Positions 12,529 to 22,186 are shown, counted from the stretch's first letter. The stretch: 64,000 nucleotides of DNA from Polyangiaceae bacterium (GCA_044222475.1 JBGANF010000002.1:1-64000), one strand, 5' to 3'. Translations and numbers: made by a program. Notes: generated from the sequence alone by a model not told the origin.

Positions 12529-12677
12529 GCCCCAACGTCAGGGGCTTCGCCCCCGACACCCCACGGACGAGACTCGAAACTCTCCGGCAAAGCCGGAGAG
12601 CTTTCGCCTGGCGGGGGAGGGGTCCCGCGCTGGGGCGGGCCCGCCCCCAACGGCCCCGGTGACCAGACTGCTGGTCA
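12528..12677. repeat. composite REP/MITE-like palindromic element, copy A
   Basis: Left module 12528-12562 and right module 12637-12664 recur at 41443-41626; four hairpins; lies between convergent genes. Confidence 0.8.
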
Positions 12678-12709
12678 GCGTTTGCCCCAACGGGTCGTTT
12701 CGACGGCGT

Positions 12710-13414
12710 TCACGACTCTTTCGCCAGCTCGAAGACGATCTCCGCCGCACCCGGTGGACCGTACGGACCCTCGAAGCGCACGAGCTCCCGCGTCTGCTCG
12801 TCGAACCACATGTGGTACTTCGGGGTGAACGGCTTCGAGAGCCGCGTGAGCAGCGCGCCGAGCGGAACCCAGTCGTTGAGGTCCGGGTACATCACGACCT
12901 CGAACGCGCGGCGCGATCCGATCGGCAGCGCGAGCGTCTGCGACGACTTCTGCTCGAGGTACACGCGCGGGACGAAGCGATCGTTGATCCACGCATAGAT
13001 GCTCTTGCGCGACTCGAGCGACAGCCACGGCAGGAGAAAGGGGAGCGCGACCTCGGGGTAGGTCGCGTCGTGGAAGCCGAAGAACTCGTGAGCGAAGCTG
13101 TGGACCTCCTCGCGTCGCACCAGGTTGCCGTCCGTCCCGCGGAGCTCGCGGACCAGACCGCGGGTGAGCACTCCCTTGCCGCGCACCTCGGCGGTGAGGA
13201 CGTCCTTCATCGTGCCGCGACGCAGAGGGTTCTCGACGACGAGCTCGATCGCATCACCGGTGCGTGACAGCGCGACGCGCGTCGTGCCGGCGCCGGGCGG
13301 AAGAAGCTTGGCCGCGTCGAGGATGCCGTGGAACGAGCGCTTCGCGCGCGCGCTGATGCGGTACTCCGCGGTGCGCCGGTACCCATCGGGCGGGGGAGGG
13401 AGGAGGTCGCCCAT
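12710..13414 (-). CDS. hypothetical beta-rich protein
   Basis: 234 aa ORF starting 1 nt after the methyltransferase stop; C-terminus PKYHMWFD...LVRFEGPYGPPG. Confidence 0.7.
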   Translation of the reverse strand: MGDLLPPPPDGYRRTAEYRISARAKRSFHGILDAAKLLPPGAGTTRVALSRTGDAIELVVENPLRRGTMKDVLTAEVRGKGVLTRGLVRELRGTDGNLVRREEVHSFAHEFFGFHDATYPEVALPFLLPWLSLESRKSIYAWINDRFVPRVYLEQKSSQTLALPIGSRRAFEVVMYPDLNDWVPLGALLTRLSKPFTPKYHMWFDEQTRELVRFEGPYGPPGAAEIVFELAKES

Positions 13415-13415
13415 G

Positions 13416-14321
13416 CTATGCAGCCCCGCGCGCCAAGCTCGAGACGGAGAACGGGATGGCGTTCTCCGACAGCCGCGCCTCGGTGATGCGCTGCGCGAGC
13501 GGCGACACGTCGCAGCCGACGAACGACCGCCGGTGGAGCGCCGCCGCCACGAGCGTCGTGCCCGACCCGTGAAACGGATCGAGCACCGTGTCGCCTTCGT
13601 GGGTCGTCGCGCGGACGAGGCGCTCCAACAGCTTGAGCGGCTTCTGGGTCGGGTATCCGGTGGCTTCGCGCCGCAGGCCCGGGAGCGGAGAGTTCGCGAT
13701 CATCGCCGGGCAGTCGCTCCACACGCTGCCGAGCGCGCGCCCCTCGTCGGCGAAGTAGCGGTACGAGCGGCCCGCGATCGTGCGCTCTCGGTACCGCCGC
13801 CCGTTCTCGTCGATATTTGTAAAATGCATGGAAAGGCTGGTGGCCGCGAACGGCTCGCGGAGCATCTCGTCCTTGGCGTTCCACGTGGACGTGGGGCCTT
13901 TTCCGTAGACGAGGAGCGTCTGGTGCGTGACGCCGAGATCGCGCCGTCCCTTCGCACCGTTGCCAGGAACCCAGATGATCTCGCCGCGGAAGCGCTCGCG
14001 ACCGAAGACGCGATCGACGCGCACCTTCGCGTCGTGGATCGCACGGTGATCGAGGTGGAGCACCATCGCGCCATCGGGCGCGAGTAGCGCGTGCACGACG
14101 GCGAGGCGCTCCTCGAGAAAATCGAGGTACGCGTCGATCGAGCTCCATCGGTCGTCGTAGGCAGCGCGCCCCGCGCGCCGCGACTCGCCGTGCTTCGTGC
14201 GCGCGCGAAACTCCTTCTGCACGGCGAACGGCGGGTCGAGGTACGCGAGCGCGATCGGCGTCGTGATGCGTGCGCGACGCAGATCGCGGGCGTCACCGCG
14301 GAGGAGTAGGTTCTCCGTCAC
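13416..14321 (-). CDS. site-specific DNA methyltransferase (N6A/N4C, beta-class motif order)
   Basis: Catalytic DPPF near the N-terminus, YPTQKP, SAM-binding VLDPFHGSGTT near the C-terminus. Confidence 0.9.
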   Translation of the reverse strand: MTENLLLRGDARDLRRARITTPIALAYLDPPFAVQKEFRARTKHGESRRAGRAAYDDRWSSIDAYLDFLEERLAVVHALLAPDGAMVLHLDHRAIHDAKVRVDRVFGRERFRGEIIWVPGNGAKGRRDLGVTHQTLLVYGKGPTSTWNAKDEMLREPFAATSLSMHFTNIDENGRRYRERTIAGRSYRYFADEGRALGSVWSDCPAMIANSPLPGLRREATGYPTQKPLKLLERLVRATTHEGDTVLDPFHGSGTTLVAAALHRRSFVGCDVSPLAQRITEARLSENAIPFSVSSLARGAA

Positions 14322-14325
14322 GCGA

Positions 14326-15213
14326 TCACGGCGCCGTCGCCACCGTCATCGCGGGCAGCGGGGTGAAGAGCTCGAGCGCGAGCTCCTGATCCGTCACGGC
14401 GGTCGGCGGGCGAGGTGGAAGCGCGAGCCACGGGCGCTCGGGACCGAACGGCACGCAACCGTGATCGATCTCGTCTTGATCGCACGCGGTGCGGACGTGG
14501 AGGTGGTCGTCGTGGGGACCACCGGGGTTCGGCTGGAGCATGAGCTGCTCCGCGCGCCAGAGCATCTCGGTGCTCTCGCCGCGAGCGCGCGCCCACTGGA
14601 GGAGCATCGCCTTCACGTTGTCGTGCACGAAGATCCACTGCACGCGCGCCTCTGGGTCTTCGAGGAGCGCGCGCACGAGCAGCCACTCTCGCTCGACGTC
14701 GAAGCGCAGGAACCGCTTCTTCGCGTCGTCGAAGGCGAGCCCGTCGGGGCCGACGTGGAGGAAACCGTGCTCCGCGACCGGCGCGCCGCCTTCGGTGGTG
14801 AAGTAGTAGACGAGGTCGGCGTCGCGCCCCGCGCGGTGCGAGAAATGCGGCATGAGCTGGCCGCCGTCCTTCGTGGAGACGTCACCGAGGACGAGGAGCG
14901 CGCCCGGACGCTCGCGCGCGACCGTCGCCGCAGCGCGCTTGAGCACGCGCGCGAAGCGCGGCGTCGCGAAGTGGCGCCCGTTGTCGCGGAGGAAGCGGAA
15001 ACCGTCGCCCTCCTTCGGGATCTCCTCGCCGCCGTCGAGCACGCCGCGATGGGTCATCCCGACGGTTCCCTTGAGGCCGGGAGCCAGCGGTGACGGCGCG
15101 TGGGCGCAGCCGAGCTGATCCAAAAAGAGCAGCACCGCGATGAACGCACTGGCGCTGCGGAGGAGCACCCGGCAGAACTGCACCGGATGGCGAACGGTGG
15201 ATCCGATTCGCAT
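14326..15213 (-). CDS. penicillin-insensitive murein endopeptidase (MepA family)
   Basis: GDVS..GG, HFSHRAGRDAD and HDDHLHVR (LAS metallopeptidase motifs); lipobox-like QLGC; start uncertain. Confidence 0.85.
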   Translation of the reverse strand: MRIGSTVRHPVQFCRVLLRSASAFIAVLLFLDQLGCAHAPSPLAPGLKGTVGMTHRGVLDGGEEIPKEGDGFRFLRDNGRHFATPRFARVLKRAAATVARERPGALLVLGDVSTKDGGQLMPHFSHRAGRDADLVYYFTTEGGAPVAEHGFLHVGPDGLAFDDAKKRFLRFDVEREWLLVRALLEDPEARVQWIFVHDNVKAMLLQWARARGESTEMLWRAEQLMLQPNPGGPHDDHLHVRTACDQDEIDHGCVPFGPERPWLALPPRPPTAVTDQELALELFTPLPAMTVATAP

Positions 15214-15289
15214 GGCTTCGTCCTTAGCATGACCCCGGAAAAGTCCAAAACGGGAAGCTTCGTGGCCGCTCGGGCGTAGGATGAGGCGC

Positions 15290-16078
15290 ATGCGCGTGCT
15301 CCGTCCGTTGGCCGTCGCGATGATGTGCGTTCCGCTCCTCGCCGTCGGGGGCTGCAGTCGCTTTCGCTCCGGTGGTGGTGACGCGGGGACGAGCGGTGGG
15401 GGATTCCTCAAGAGCACGCTCGCGTCGCTGGTGGGCTTCGAAGGCGAAATCGACATGTCGATCGGCATGCCGGGGCTCGGCGGATCCTCGAAGATCACGA
15501 CGACCTTGAAGCTCAAGGGCGAGAAGATGCGGATGGAGTACGGCGGGATGTTGGGCAGCGCCGGCAGCGTCATCTACGACGCCGACGCGAAGAAGACGTA
15601 CATGCTCATGCCGGCGACCCACCAGTACACGGAGACGGACCTCACGAAGCTCCCCAGCTCGACTCCGTCACCGTCGACGCCGAAGCCGGTCGCGAAGAAG
15701 ACCGGGACCACCGATCGCATCGCCGGGTACGAGTGCGAGAACTGGGTCATCACCAACCCGGGCAGCCCGAGCGTCAGCGAGCTCTGCGTGTCTCACGGGC
15801 TCACGTTCTACGCGATGGGGTTCGGCCCGTTCGCGAGCCTCGGCAGCGGTGGCGAGGCGTTCGGCGGTGCGCTCGACGGCGGCGGCTTTCCGCTTCGCAT
15901 GCGCATCCTCGACGCGTCCGGCAAAGAGACGATGCGCATGGAGGCGACCCGCATCGAGAAGAAGACCGAGCCCGACAGCGAGTTCGAGATCCCCGCTGGC
16001 TACACCAAGTTGGGTACCGGCACCCCGGGTGGTCCGGCGTACGGGCCGCACGGTGGCGGTGGCGCGCCTCCGCCTTGA
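15290..16078 (+). CDS. lipoprotein, DUF4412-like
   Basis: Lipobox VGGC; KTGTTDRIAGYECE and FEIPAGY motifs; ATG 15290 or 15281. Confidence 0.75.
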   Translation: MRVLRPLAVAMMCVPLLAVGGCSRFRSGGGDAGTSGGGFLKSTLASLVGFEGEIDMSIGMPGLGGSSKITTTLKLKGEKMRMEYGGMLGSAGSVIYDADAKKTYMLMPATHQYTETDLTKLPSSTPSPSTPKPVAKKTGTTDRIAGYECENWVITNPGSPSVSELCVSHGLTFYAMGFGPFASLGSGGEAFGGALDGGGFPLRMRILDASGKETMRMEATRIEKKTEPDSEFEIPAGYTKLGTGTPGGPAYGPHGGGGAPPP

Positions 16079-16112
16079 CGCGCGCGCGCGTGGCCGTTAG
16101 CGGTTTCTCCCC

Positions 16113-16739
16113 ATGGCCGCTCACGTCGTCGATCACCCGCTGATCAAGCACAAGCTCACGCTCATGCGCCGCAAGGACACGAGCACCGTCAACTTCCGCG
16201 CGCTCCTCAAGGAGATCTCGATGCTCCTCGCGTACGAGGCGCTTCGCGACATGCGAGTGACCGACATCGAGGTCGAGACGCCGATCGCGAAGATGCGCGC
16301 GCCGATGCTCGACGGGAAGAAGCTCGTGCTCGTCGCGATCCTTCGCGCCGGGCAGGGCATCATCGACGGGATGCTGCAGATCGTCCCGAACGCGCGCGTC
16401 GGTCACATCGGGCTCTACCGCGATCCGAAGACGCTCCAACCGGTCGAGTACTTCTACAAAGTGCCCCTCGACCTGAGCGACCGCGACGTGATCGTGTGCG
16501 ACCCGATGCTCGCCACCGGCAACTCGGCGGCGGCGGCGATCGCGCGCATCAAGAAGAGCGGGCCGAACAGCGTGCGCTTCGTCTCGCTCCTCGCGTGCCC
16601 CGAAGGCGTGAAGACCCTGAGCGAGGCTCACCCCGACGTGCCGATCTACACCGCCGCCGTCGACGAGCGCCTGAACGACCACGGGTACATCGTGCCGGGC
16701 CTCGGAGACGCGGGCGACCGGCTCTTCGGTACCAAGTAG
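16113..16739 (+). CDS. upp: uracil phosphoribosyltransferase
   Basis: [20 protein letters not shown] and [17 protein letters not shown] motifs. Confidence 0.97.
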   Translation: MAAHVVDHPLIKHKLTLMRRKDTSTVNFRALLKEISMLLAYEALRDMRVTDIEVETPIAKMRAPMLDGKKLVLVAILRAGQGIIDGMLQIVPNARVGHIGLYRDPKTLQPVEYFYKVPLDLSDRDVIVCDPMLATGNSAAAAIARIKKSGPNSVRFVSLLACPEGVKTLSEAHPDVPIYTAAVDERLNDHGYIVPGLGDAGDRLFGTK

Positions 16740-18377
16740 GTGGCGACCGCCCAGCTCGGTTCCGGCTCCGTGTTTGCTGGACGATTCCGCGTCGAGCGGC
16801 TCCTCGGTCGCGGTGGCATGGGCGCAGTGTACGAGGTCGTCGACGACGTCACGAGCGAGCGCCTCGCGCTGAAGGTCCTCGCGCCGCAGCTCGTGCCCGA
16901 CGCGAAGCACCGCGAGCGTTTCGCGAAGGAGGTGCGCATCGGCGCGGAGATCCAGAGCCCGCGCATCGTGAAGGTCGTCGACGCCGGGGTCGACGAACCG
17001 ACCGACACGCCGTGGCTCGCGATGGAGCTCCTCCGCGGCGAGTCGCTCGCCGCGTTCGTGCGCCTCCATGGGCGCCTCGACGTCGCCCGCGCGCTCGACG
17101 TGCTCGGCCAAGTCGCCGACGCGCTCGGGGCGGCGCACGCCGCGGGGGTCATCCACCGCGACCTCAAACCGGACAACGTCTTCGTCGTTCGCGCGCCCGA
17201 CGGGACGCTCGACGTTCGCGTCCTCGACTTCGGGATCGCGAAGATCGCGAGCGAGACCGGTGGCCGCACGACCGGCGCGCTCGGCTCGCCACTCTGGATG
17301 GCGCCGGAGGAAGCGAAGAAGGAGCCGCTCACGCCCGCGGTCGACGTGTGGTCGTTCGGGCTGCTCGCGTTCTTCGTCGTCACCGGGCGCGAGATCTGGA
17401 AGAGCGCAGACTCCGGCTCGACGATCGCGCAAGCGCTCAACGAGGTGCTGATCGATCCGATCCCCAACCCGACGCTTCGTGCCCACGCCGCCGGGGTGAC
17501 GCTTCCGAGGGGCTTCGAAGCCTGGTTCGGCGGTTGCGTCGTGCGCGATCCGTCGCTTCGGTTCCAGACCATCCAGGATGCATTCGCCGCGCTGCGCCGC
17601 GAGCTCACCGCCGCTCCCGCTCCCGCTCCGGCGCCTGCTCCCGCTCCCGCTCCCGCACCGGCGTCGGCAGCCTCGATGAAGCTCATGATCGTCCTTGGGA
17701 GCGCCGTGCTCTGCGCCATCGCCGCCGCCTTGGTGGGGACGCATCTCGGCGGAGGCGATGTGCCGCCGTCGCCGTCGACCATGGCACCCGCCGCCACGTC
17801 GGTGGCGGATCTTCCCGCGTCGCCGCCGTCCACGCCGGCTGTCCCGTCGACCTCGGCAGCCGCGCCGCCTGCACCTCCGGCCGACCCAGTCCTCGCGGCG
17901 GTCGACGATTGTTTGCAAGATGCAAATATCGTGTGCGCGCGCAGCGCGCTGGAGCCGACGGTCTTCGCGAAGACCGCGACGCCGCAGCAAGCGCAGGTCC
18001 TCTACGATCTGTGCGAGATCGCCGTGGACTCCGCCTGCAAGGCGCGCATCGCCAAGGCGTACCCGAAGGTCGGTCGTGACCCGCGCCGCACGCTCACCGT
18101 GCACCTGCCCGTCGAACCGAAGCCGGCGTTGTCCAGCAAGCTGTCCTCCCTCAGGGTCAGCGAGCAGGCGCAGGCCATGACCGGAAGCTCGGCGGCAGAC
18201 GCGCGCGCCATCGCGGCCACCGATCCGGCGGGGGCGAGAGCCATCTTGGAGCCGAAGGTGTTCTCCCACCAAGCTTCGACGGAAGAGGCCAGCCTCCTGT
18301 GGAGCGTCTGCAAGGCGCAGAAAGACAAGGACTGCCGCGCCAAAATCGACGAGCTGTACCCCGGGCTCCCGCACTGA
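16740..18377 (+). CDS. membrane Ser/Thr protein kinase
   Basis: GRGGMGAV, ALK, HRDLKPDN, DFG and MAPE motifs; (PA)n linker, TM helix, Cys-containing C-terminal repeats. Confidence 0.92.
   Translation: MATAQLGSGSVFAGRFRVERLLGRGGMGAVYEVVDDVTSERLALKVLAPQLVPDAKHRERFAKEVRIGAEIQSPRIVKVVDAGVDEPTDTPWLAMELLRGESLAAFVRLHGRLDVARALDVLGQVADALGAAHAAGVIHRDLKPDNVFVVRAPDGTLDVRVLDFGIAKIASETGGRTTGALGSPLWMAPEEAKKEPLTPAVDVWSFGLLAFFVVTGREIWKSADSGSTIAQALNEVLIDPIPNPTLRAHAAGVTLPRGFEAWFGGCVVRDPSLRFQTIQDAFAALRRELTAAPAPAPAPAPAPAPAPASAASMKLMIVLGSAVLCAIAAALVGTHLGGGDVPPSPSTMAPAATSVADLPASPPSTPAVPSTSAAAPPAPPADPVLAAVDDCLQDANIVCARSALEPTVFAKTATPQQAQVLYDLCEIAVDSACKARIAKAYPKVGRDPRRTLTVHLPVEPKPALSSKLSSLRVSEQAQAMTGSSAADARAIAATDPAGARAILEPKVFSHQASTEEASLLWSVCKAQKDKDCRAKIDELYPGLPH
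17610..17663 (+). repeat. hexamer-based tandem repeat encoding (AP)n linker
   Basis: gctccc units repeated within the kinase gene. Confidence 0.7.
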
Positions 18378-18380
18378 GCA

Positions 18381-21008
18381 TCACTTCAAGAAGCGCGCGA
18401 TCCGAGCCTCCACCGTCGCGATCGCGTCCGCGCTCGCGTACGTCTCCGGGAGCGACAGCTTCCCGTCGGTTCGGTTGACGTAGTCGAGGTCGACGAAGGC
18501 GTGGAACGCGTTCTCGAGCACCGGGCGGCTGACCGCCTCGCGTCGCTCGATCTCGCCGGAGAGGTGCATGCGCTCGCCGACCGCGAGCGCGCGCTTGGCG
18601 AGGTCCTTCGGGGTCATCGGTCCCTTGAGGAGCGCGACGAGCGCGCGCGCTGCGACGCGATAGCCCTCGAAGAAGTTCCTCAGCATGAACGCGTAGAGCT
18701 GCATCTGCACGCGCCCGGGCTCGGCGATGGCGACGGTGCCGTCCTTCCGCACGATCTCGCCCTCGGCGACCATCGTCTTCAAGAGCTCGTCGAAGATCGC
18801 ATCGAACGACGCGTCGGCGCGGAAGCTGAACTCGTACTTGAAGAGCTTCGAGAGGCGCTGCACGCGCTCCCGGAGCTTGTCCTCCGTGACGCCTCCCGGG
18901 TCGCCCGCTGCGGCGAACAGCGCCGTCGCGACGAGCCCGCGGTCGACGAAGAAGTGCACGACGATGTTCTTCGCGATGTCGAGCGACAGCCGGGCGTCCG
19001 CGGGGACGATGTAGATCGCGCCGAGCGCGGCGCCGTCGAGTCGGTCGGCCTTTTCCCCCCGTCGGGGACCACGAAGCGCGGTCGAGCCGTCACCGGGCAA
19101 GCGCGCTTCGACGTGACCGGCCTTGATGAACAGATCGCACGCCTCGCGGATCGCGTCGACGCGGATGCGGCCTTGGTCTTCGGGCTTCGCGAGCGTGGGG
19201 GAGAACCGCGCTCCGAAATGGTGGAGCGTCTTGCCGAGCCGATCGCAGGTGGCCACGAGCTCTTCGTGCGGCACGCCGCGAGCGCCGTGGGCGAGGAGCG
19301 CCGCGGCGACGAGCGCGCCCGGCGTGACCGCGGTCACCTGGTCGATCTCGTTCATGACCCGGTACGCGAGACGCGTGACGAGCGCGCGCCGCTTCGCCGG
19401 CGTGAGCGTCTCGAGGGTGCTCTTGCCGGTCGGGTCGATCTCGCTCAGCACTTGGTCGAGCGAGAGGATCTCGCCGAACTGGACGCTGATTCGGCCGTAG
19501 CGTCCAGCGACCATCTTCGCGCTGCCGAGGAGGCCCGCCATGTCCTCCTTCGCCTTCTCTCCACCCGACAGCTCGTCGACGTAGGACTTCTCCTCCACCA
19601 CGCGCTCGTAGCCGACCGAGATCGGGACGAAGTGGATCGGCTGCCCGGTGATGCCCAGCGCGGCGTCGACGACGATCGACAGCAGCCCGAGCTTCGGTGG
19701 CAGCAGCTTGCCGGTGCGCGAGCGGCCACCTTCGAGGAAGAACTCGAGCGTCCAGCCGTCCTTGAGGAGGCGCCGGATGTACGCGTCCACGACGGCGCCA
19801 TAGAGCCGATCGCCGCGGAAGCTCCGCCGGATGAAGAACGCGCCCGCCCGACGGAGCACGTAGCCCATCGGGAAGAAGTTGAGGTTGTCGCCCGCGGCGA
19901 TGAGCGGGAGCTGCATGTGGTTCGTGAACAGCAGCTTCGTGAGGACGATGTAGTCGAGGTGGGACTTGTGGCTCGGGAGGAGGACGAGCGTGCCCTCTTT
20001 CGACGCCTCGCGAACGCGCTCCAGGCCCTCTCGGTCGACCTCGAGCCCCTCGTACATGCGGCTCACCGTGCGGTCGTACGTCGCGTCGAGGAAGGCAATC
20101 GTGTTCGTGTCGGGTTGGGCCTCCATCTCGTGGAGCATCGCGTCGGCCTTGGCGGTCAGCACCCGGCGCTCCTCGGCGCCCTCGCCGGCCATGTCCGTGA
20201 TGATCTTCTGGAGCTTCGGGCTTCGGAGCACCTCTTCGCGCAGGCGGTCCGCTGGCTTTCGCGTCGGGCCGATGACCCCGCGCCGCTCGCGCTCGAGGCG
20301 CCTGAGCAGCGTGTAGGTCATCCGTCGTACCAAAATGGGATCAGCGACGTTCTCCTCCGACTCGAGGAACGCGCGGACGTCGAGCGGCTCGCCCGAGCGC
20401 AGCGTGACGTGGCGATAGTTGGCGAGGAACTGCGCGACCGTCCGGATCTTTCCGGGCCACTCGCGCGGGCCGAGGACGGCGTCGATGGGGGTGTGCTGTT
20501 GGGCGTCCCCCTGCTTCGACCAGACGAAGACCTGCGGAACGAGAAGCACGGGTCGCTCGGACTGGCGCTGCACGTCGAGCAGCGTGCGCAGGAACTTGTC
20601 GCCTTCGATGCGCCCGCGCGTCGCCGGTTCGAGGAGCGTCGGCGGACGCTTGAGGAAGAGCGCCGCCGACGAGCCGGAGGACACGGCGCGTCGGAGGTCG
20701 TCGACGTCGTCCTCTTCGGTGCGTCGAAGCGCTTGGAGCCATCCTCGCCCCATCGGCTCGAGGACCCACAGGCCGAGATCGTTCGCGAACCGAACCTGGG
20801 GCAGCTTGTGCCGTTTCGTGAGGTAGTCGAGCGCGAAGAAGTCCACGAACGACAGGTTCCGCATCACGTAGACGACCGTCCCGCGGCGCTCGGCGTCGCG
20901 AACGGCGTCGGCCCACGCTTGGTCCACCTCGATGTGGGTGAAGAAGCGGTGGTAGAGCCACCCGAGGATCGGGTTCGGGTCGTAGGAGACGAGCGGGCGG
21001 TCTGCCAA
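18381..21008 (-). CDS. plsB: glycerol-3-phosphate O-acyltransferase
   Basis: HKSHLD (HX4D), GAFFIRR, FFLEGGRSRTGK and VPISVGY motifs; 875 aa; TTG start. Confidence 0.88.
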   Translation of the reverse strand: MADRPLVSYDPNPILGWLYHRFFTHIEVDQAWADAVRDAERRGTVVYVMRNLSFVDFFALDYLTKRHKLPQVRFANDLGLWVLEPMGRGWLQALRRTEEDDVDDLRRAVSSGSSAALFLKRPPTLLEPATRGRIEGDKFLRTLLDVQRQSERPVLLVPQVFVWSKQGDAQQHTPIDAVLGPREWPGKIRTVAQFLANYRHVTLRSGEPLDVRAFLESEENVADPILVRRMTYTLLRRLERERRGVIGPTRKPADRLREEVLRSPKLQKIITDMAGEGAEERRVLTAKADAMLHEMEAQPDTNTIAFLDATYDRTVSRMYEGLEVDREGLERVREASKEGTLVLLPSHKSHLDYIVLTKLLFTNHMQLPLIAAGDNLNFFPMGYVLRRAGAFFIRRSFRGDRLYGAVVDAYIRRLLKDGWTLEFFLEGGRSRTGKLLPPKLGLLSIVVDAALGITGQPIHFVPISVGYERVVEEKSYVDELSGGEKAKEDMAGLLGSAKMVAGRYGRISVQFGEILSLDQVLSEIDPTGKSTLETLTPAKRRALVTRLAYRVMNEIDQVTAVTPGALVAAALLAHGARGVPHEELVATCDRLGKTLHHFGARFSPTLAKPEDQGRIRVDAIREACDLFIKAGHVEARLPGDGSTALRGPRRGEKADRLDGAALGAIYIVPADARLSLDIAKNIVVHFFVDRGLVATALFAAAGDPGGVTEDKLRERVQRLSKLFKYEFSFRADASFDAIFDELLKTMVAEGEIVRKDGTVAIAEPGRVQMQLYAFMLRNFFEGYRVAARALVALLKGPMTPKDLAKRALAVGERMHLSGEIERREAVSRPVLENAFHAFVDLDYVNRTDGKLSLPETYASADAIATVEARIARFLK

Positions 21009-21011
21009 GTC

Positions 21012-21632
21012 TCAGCGTCCGCCGGCGAAGGCCTTCGACATGAGCTGGGTGATCCGCTTCGACGCATCACCGGTGAGACCGGTCGCGTTGCCGTAGGGCC
21101 ACGCGAAGCCGAAGGTGCGCACCTGGTTGCACGAGAGCGAGATCAGGAGGTCGGCCGGCGGCTGGTTGTTCGGCTGCGCGATGGAGACGCCGAGCTCGGC
21201 GTACATGCAGTTCTCCTTCGGCGTCGTGAAGTTGCTCTCGTGGCCGAGGACGTCGAGGAGCTCGGTGCGCATCGCCGGATCAGTGAGCGGGATCCACCCG
21301 AGAATCCGGAAGTCGTGGAAGCGCTGCGCGTCCGGCGGCGGCGGCGTGGCCTGGCTGCCGGGGAGGATGCCGGCGGGGATCAGGTTCGCGAGCCCCGGCA
21401 CCGCCGACGCGACCGACGTTCCCCACTGGAGAACTTGCGGCGGGATCATGCTGGTCGGCGACTGACCCTGCTGAGCCTGCGCCGGCGGGGCCTCGTAGTT
21501 CTGCTGCCGATACATCGTGATGTTGGAGCCCTTCAGCGACTCGAAGGGTTGCGCGAGCGCGCCTCCGCCGCAGCCCGTCGCGACGACCAGGAGCACGGCA
21601 GCCAGAGAGGAGACTTGGAAACGCATGCCCAT
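21012..21632 (-). CDS. hypothetical lipoprotein
   Basis: Lipobox ATGC; ends 3 nt before the plsB start. Confidence 0.75.
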   Translation of the reverse strand: MGMRFQVSSLAAVLLVVATGCGGGALAQPFESLKGSNITMYRQQNYEAPPAQAQQGQSPTSMIPPQVLQWGTSVASAVPGLANLIPAGILPGSQATPPPPDAQRFHDFRILGWIPLTDPAMRTELLDVLGHESNFTTPKENCMYAELGVSIAQPNNQPPADLLISLSCNQVRTFGFAWPYGNATGLTGDASKRITQLMSKAFAGGR

Positions 21633-21704
21633 ACTGTCGACGGGATTCTGGGCGCTTGCAACTCAAGATGCTCGCCTCGCCCGGGACGGTGCTACGACGG
21701 GGGC

Positions 21705-22148
21705 ATGGCGAATGGCCCTGGATTCAAGGTGAAAAAGGTCGATCACGTGGCGATCTGCGTTCAGGACGTCGATGCGGCCGCGGCAAAGTGGCGCGAGGTG
21801 CTCGGGCTCGAGGCGACCGTGCGCGAGGTGGTCGCATCGCAAAAGACCGAGGCCATGCTCCTGCCGCTCGGTGAGACCAGCCTCGAGCTGATCTCGCCCC
21901 TACGCGAGGGCGGCAACGAGGGGCTCGCGAAGTTCCTCGAGAAGCGCGGGCCAGGCCTGCACCACGTCGCGGTCGAGGTCGAAGGCATCGAGCGCGCGCT
22001 CGAGCTCCTCAAGGCGCTCGGCGTCGCGCTGATCGACGAGTCTCCCCGCATCGGCGCGCGCGGGCACAAGGTCGCGTTCGTCCACCCCAAGGCGACGGGC
22101 GGGGTGCTGGTCGAGCTAGTGGAGCCGGCCGAGCCGGGCGCGCACTAG
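21705..22148 (+). CDS. mce: methylmalonyl-CoA epimerase (VOC family)
   Basis: DHVAI, LELISP, KFLEKRGPGLHHVA and FVHPKATGGVLVEL motifs; C-terminal part of ORF 18501..22148. Confidence 0.9.
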   Translation: MANGPGFKVKKVDHVAICVQDVDAAAAKWREVLGLEATVREVVASQKTEAMLLPLGETSLELISPLREGGNEGLAKFLEKRGPGLHHVAVEVEGIERALELLKALGVALIDESPRIGARGHKVAFVHPKATGGVLVELVEPAEPGAH

Positions 22149-22170
22149 CCACCAGCCACCAGCACCAGCG

Positions 22171-22186
22171 TGTGACATTTGTCACA
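22171..22186. promoter_or_regulatory. CRP/FNR-family-type operator TGTGA-N6-TCACA
   Basis: tgtgacatttgtcaca matches the E. coli CRP core exactly; AT-rich, intergenic, upstream of the PEGA gene. Confidence 0.65.

Noticed and set aside
12710..14321. Restriction-modification or other defence system
   Set aside because: No nuclease or helicase motif is recognisable in the neighbouring genes; kept only as an orphan methyltransferase.
15801..18374. Long antisense ORFs (857 aa here; also 3666-5846, 44476-47250, 58028-60436, 60376-63033)
   Set aside because: They mirror well-supported genes on the other strand and show no motifs; strong GC3 bias removes antisense stops.
18501..21704. 1215-aa plus-strand ORF
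   Set aside because: It is the antisense shadow of plsB and its neighbour in GC-rich DNA; only the last 147 codons (mce) form a real gene.
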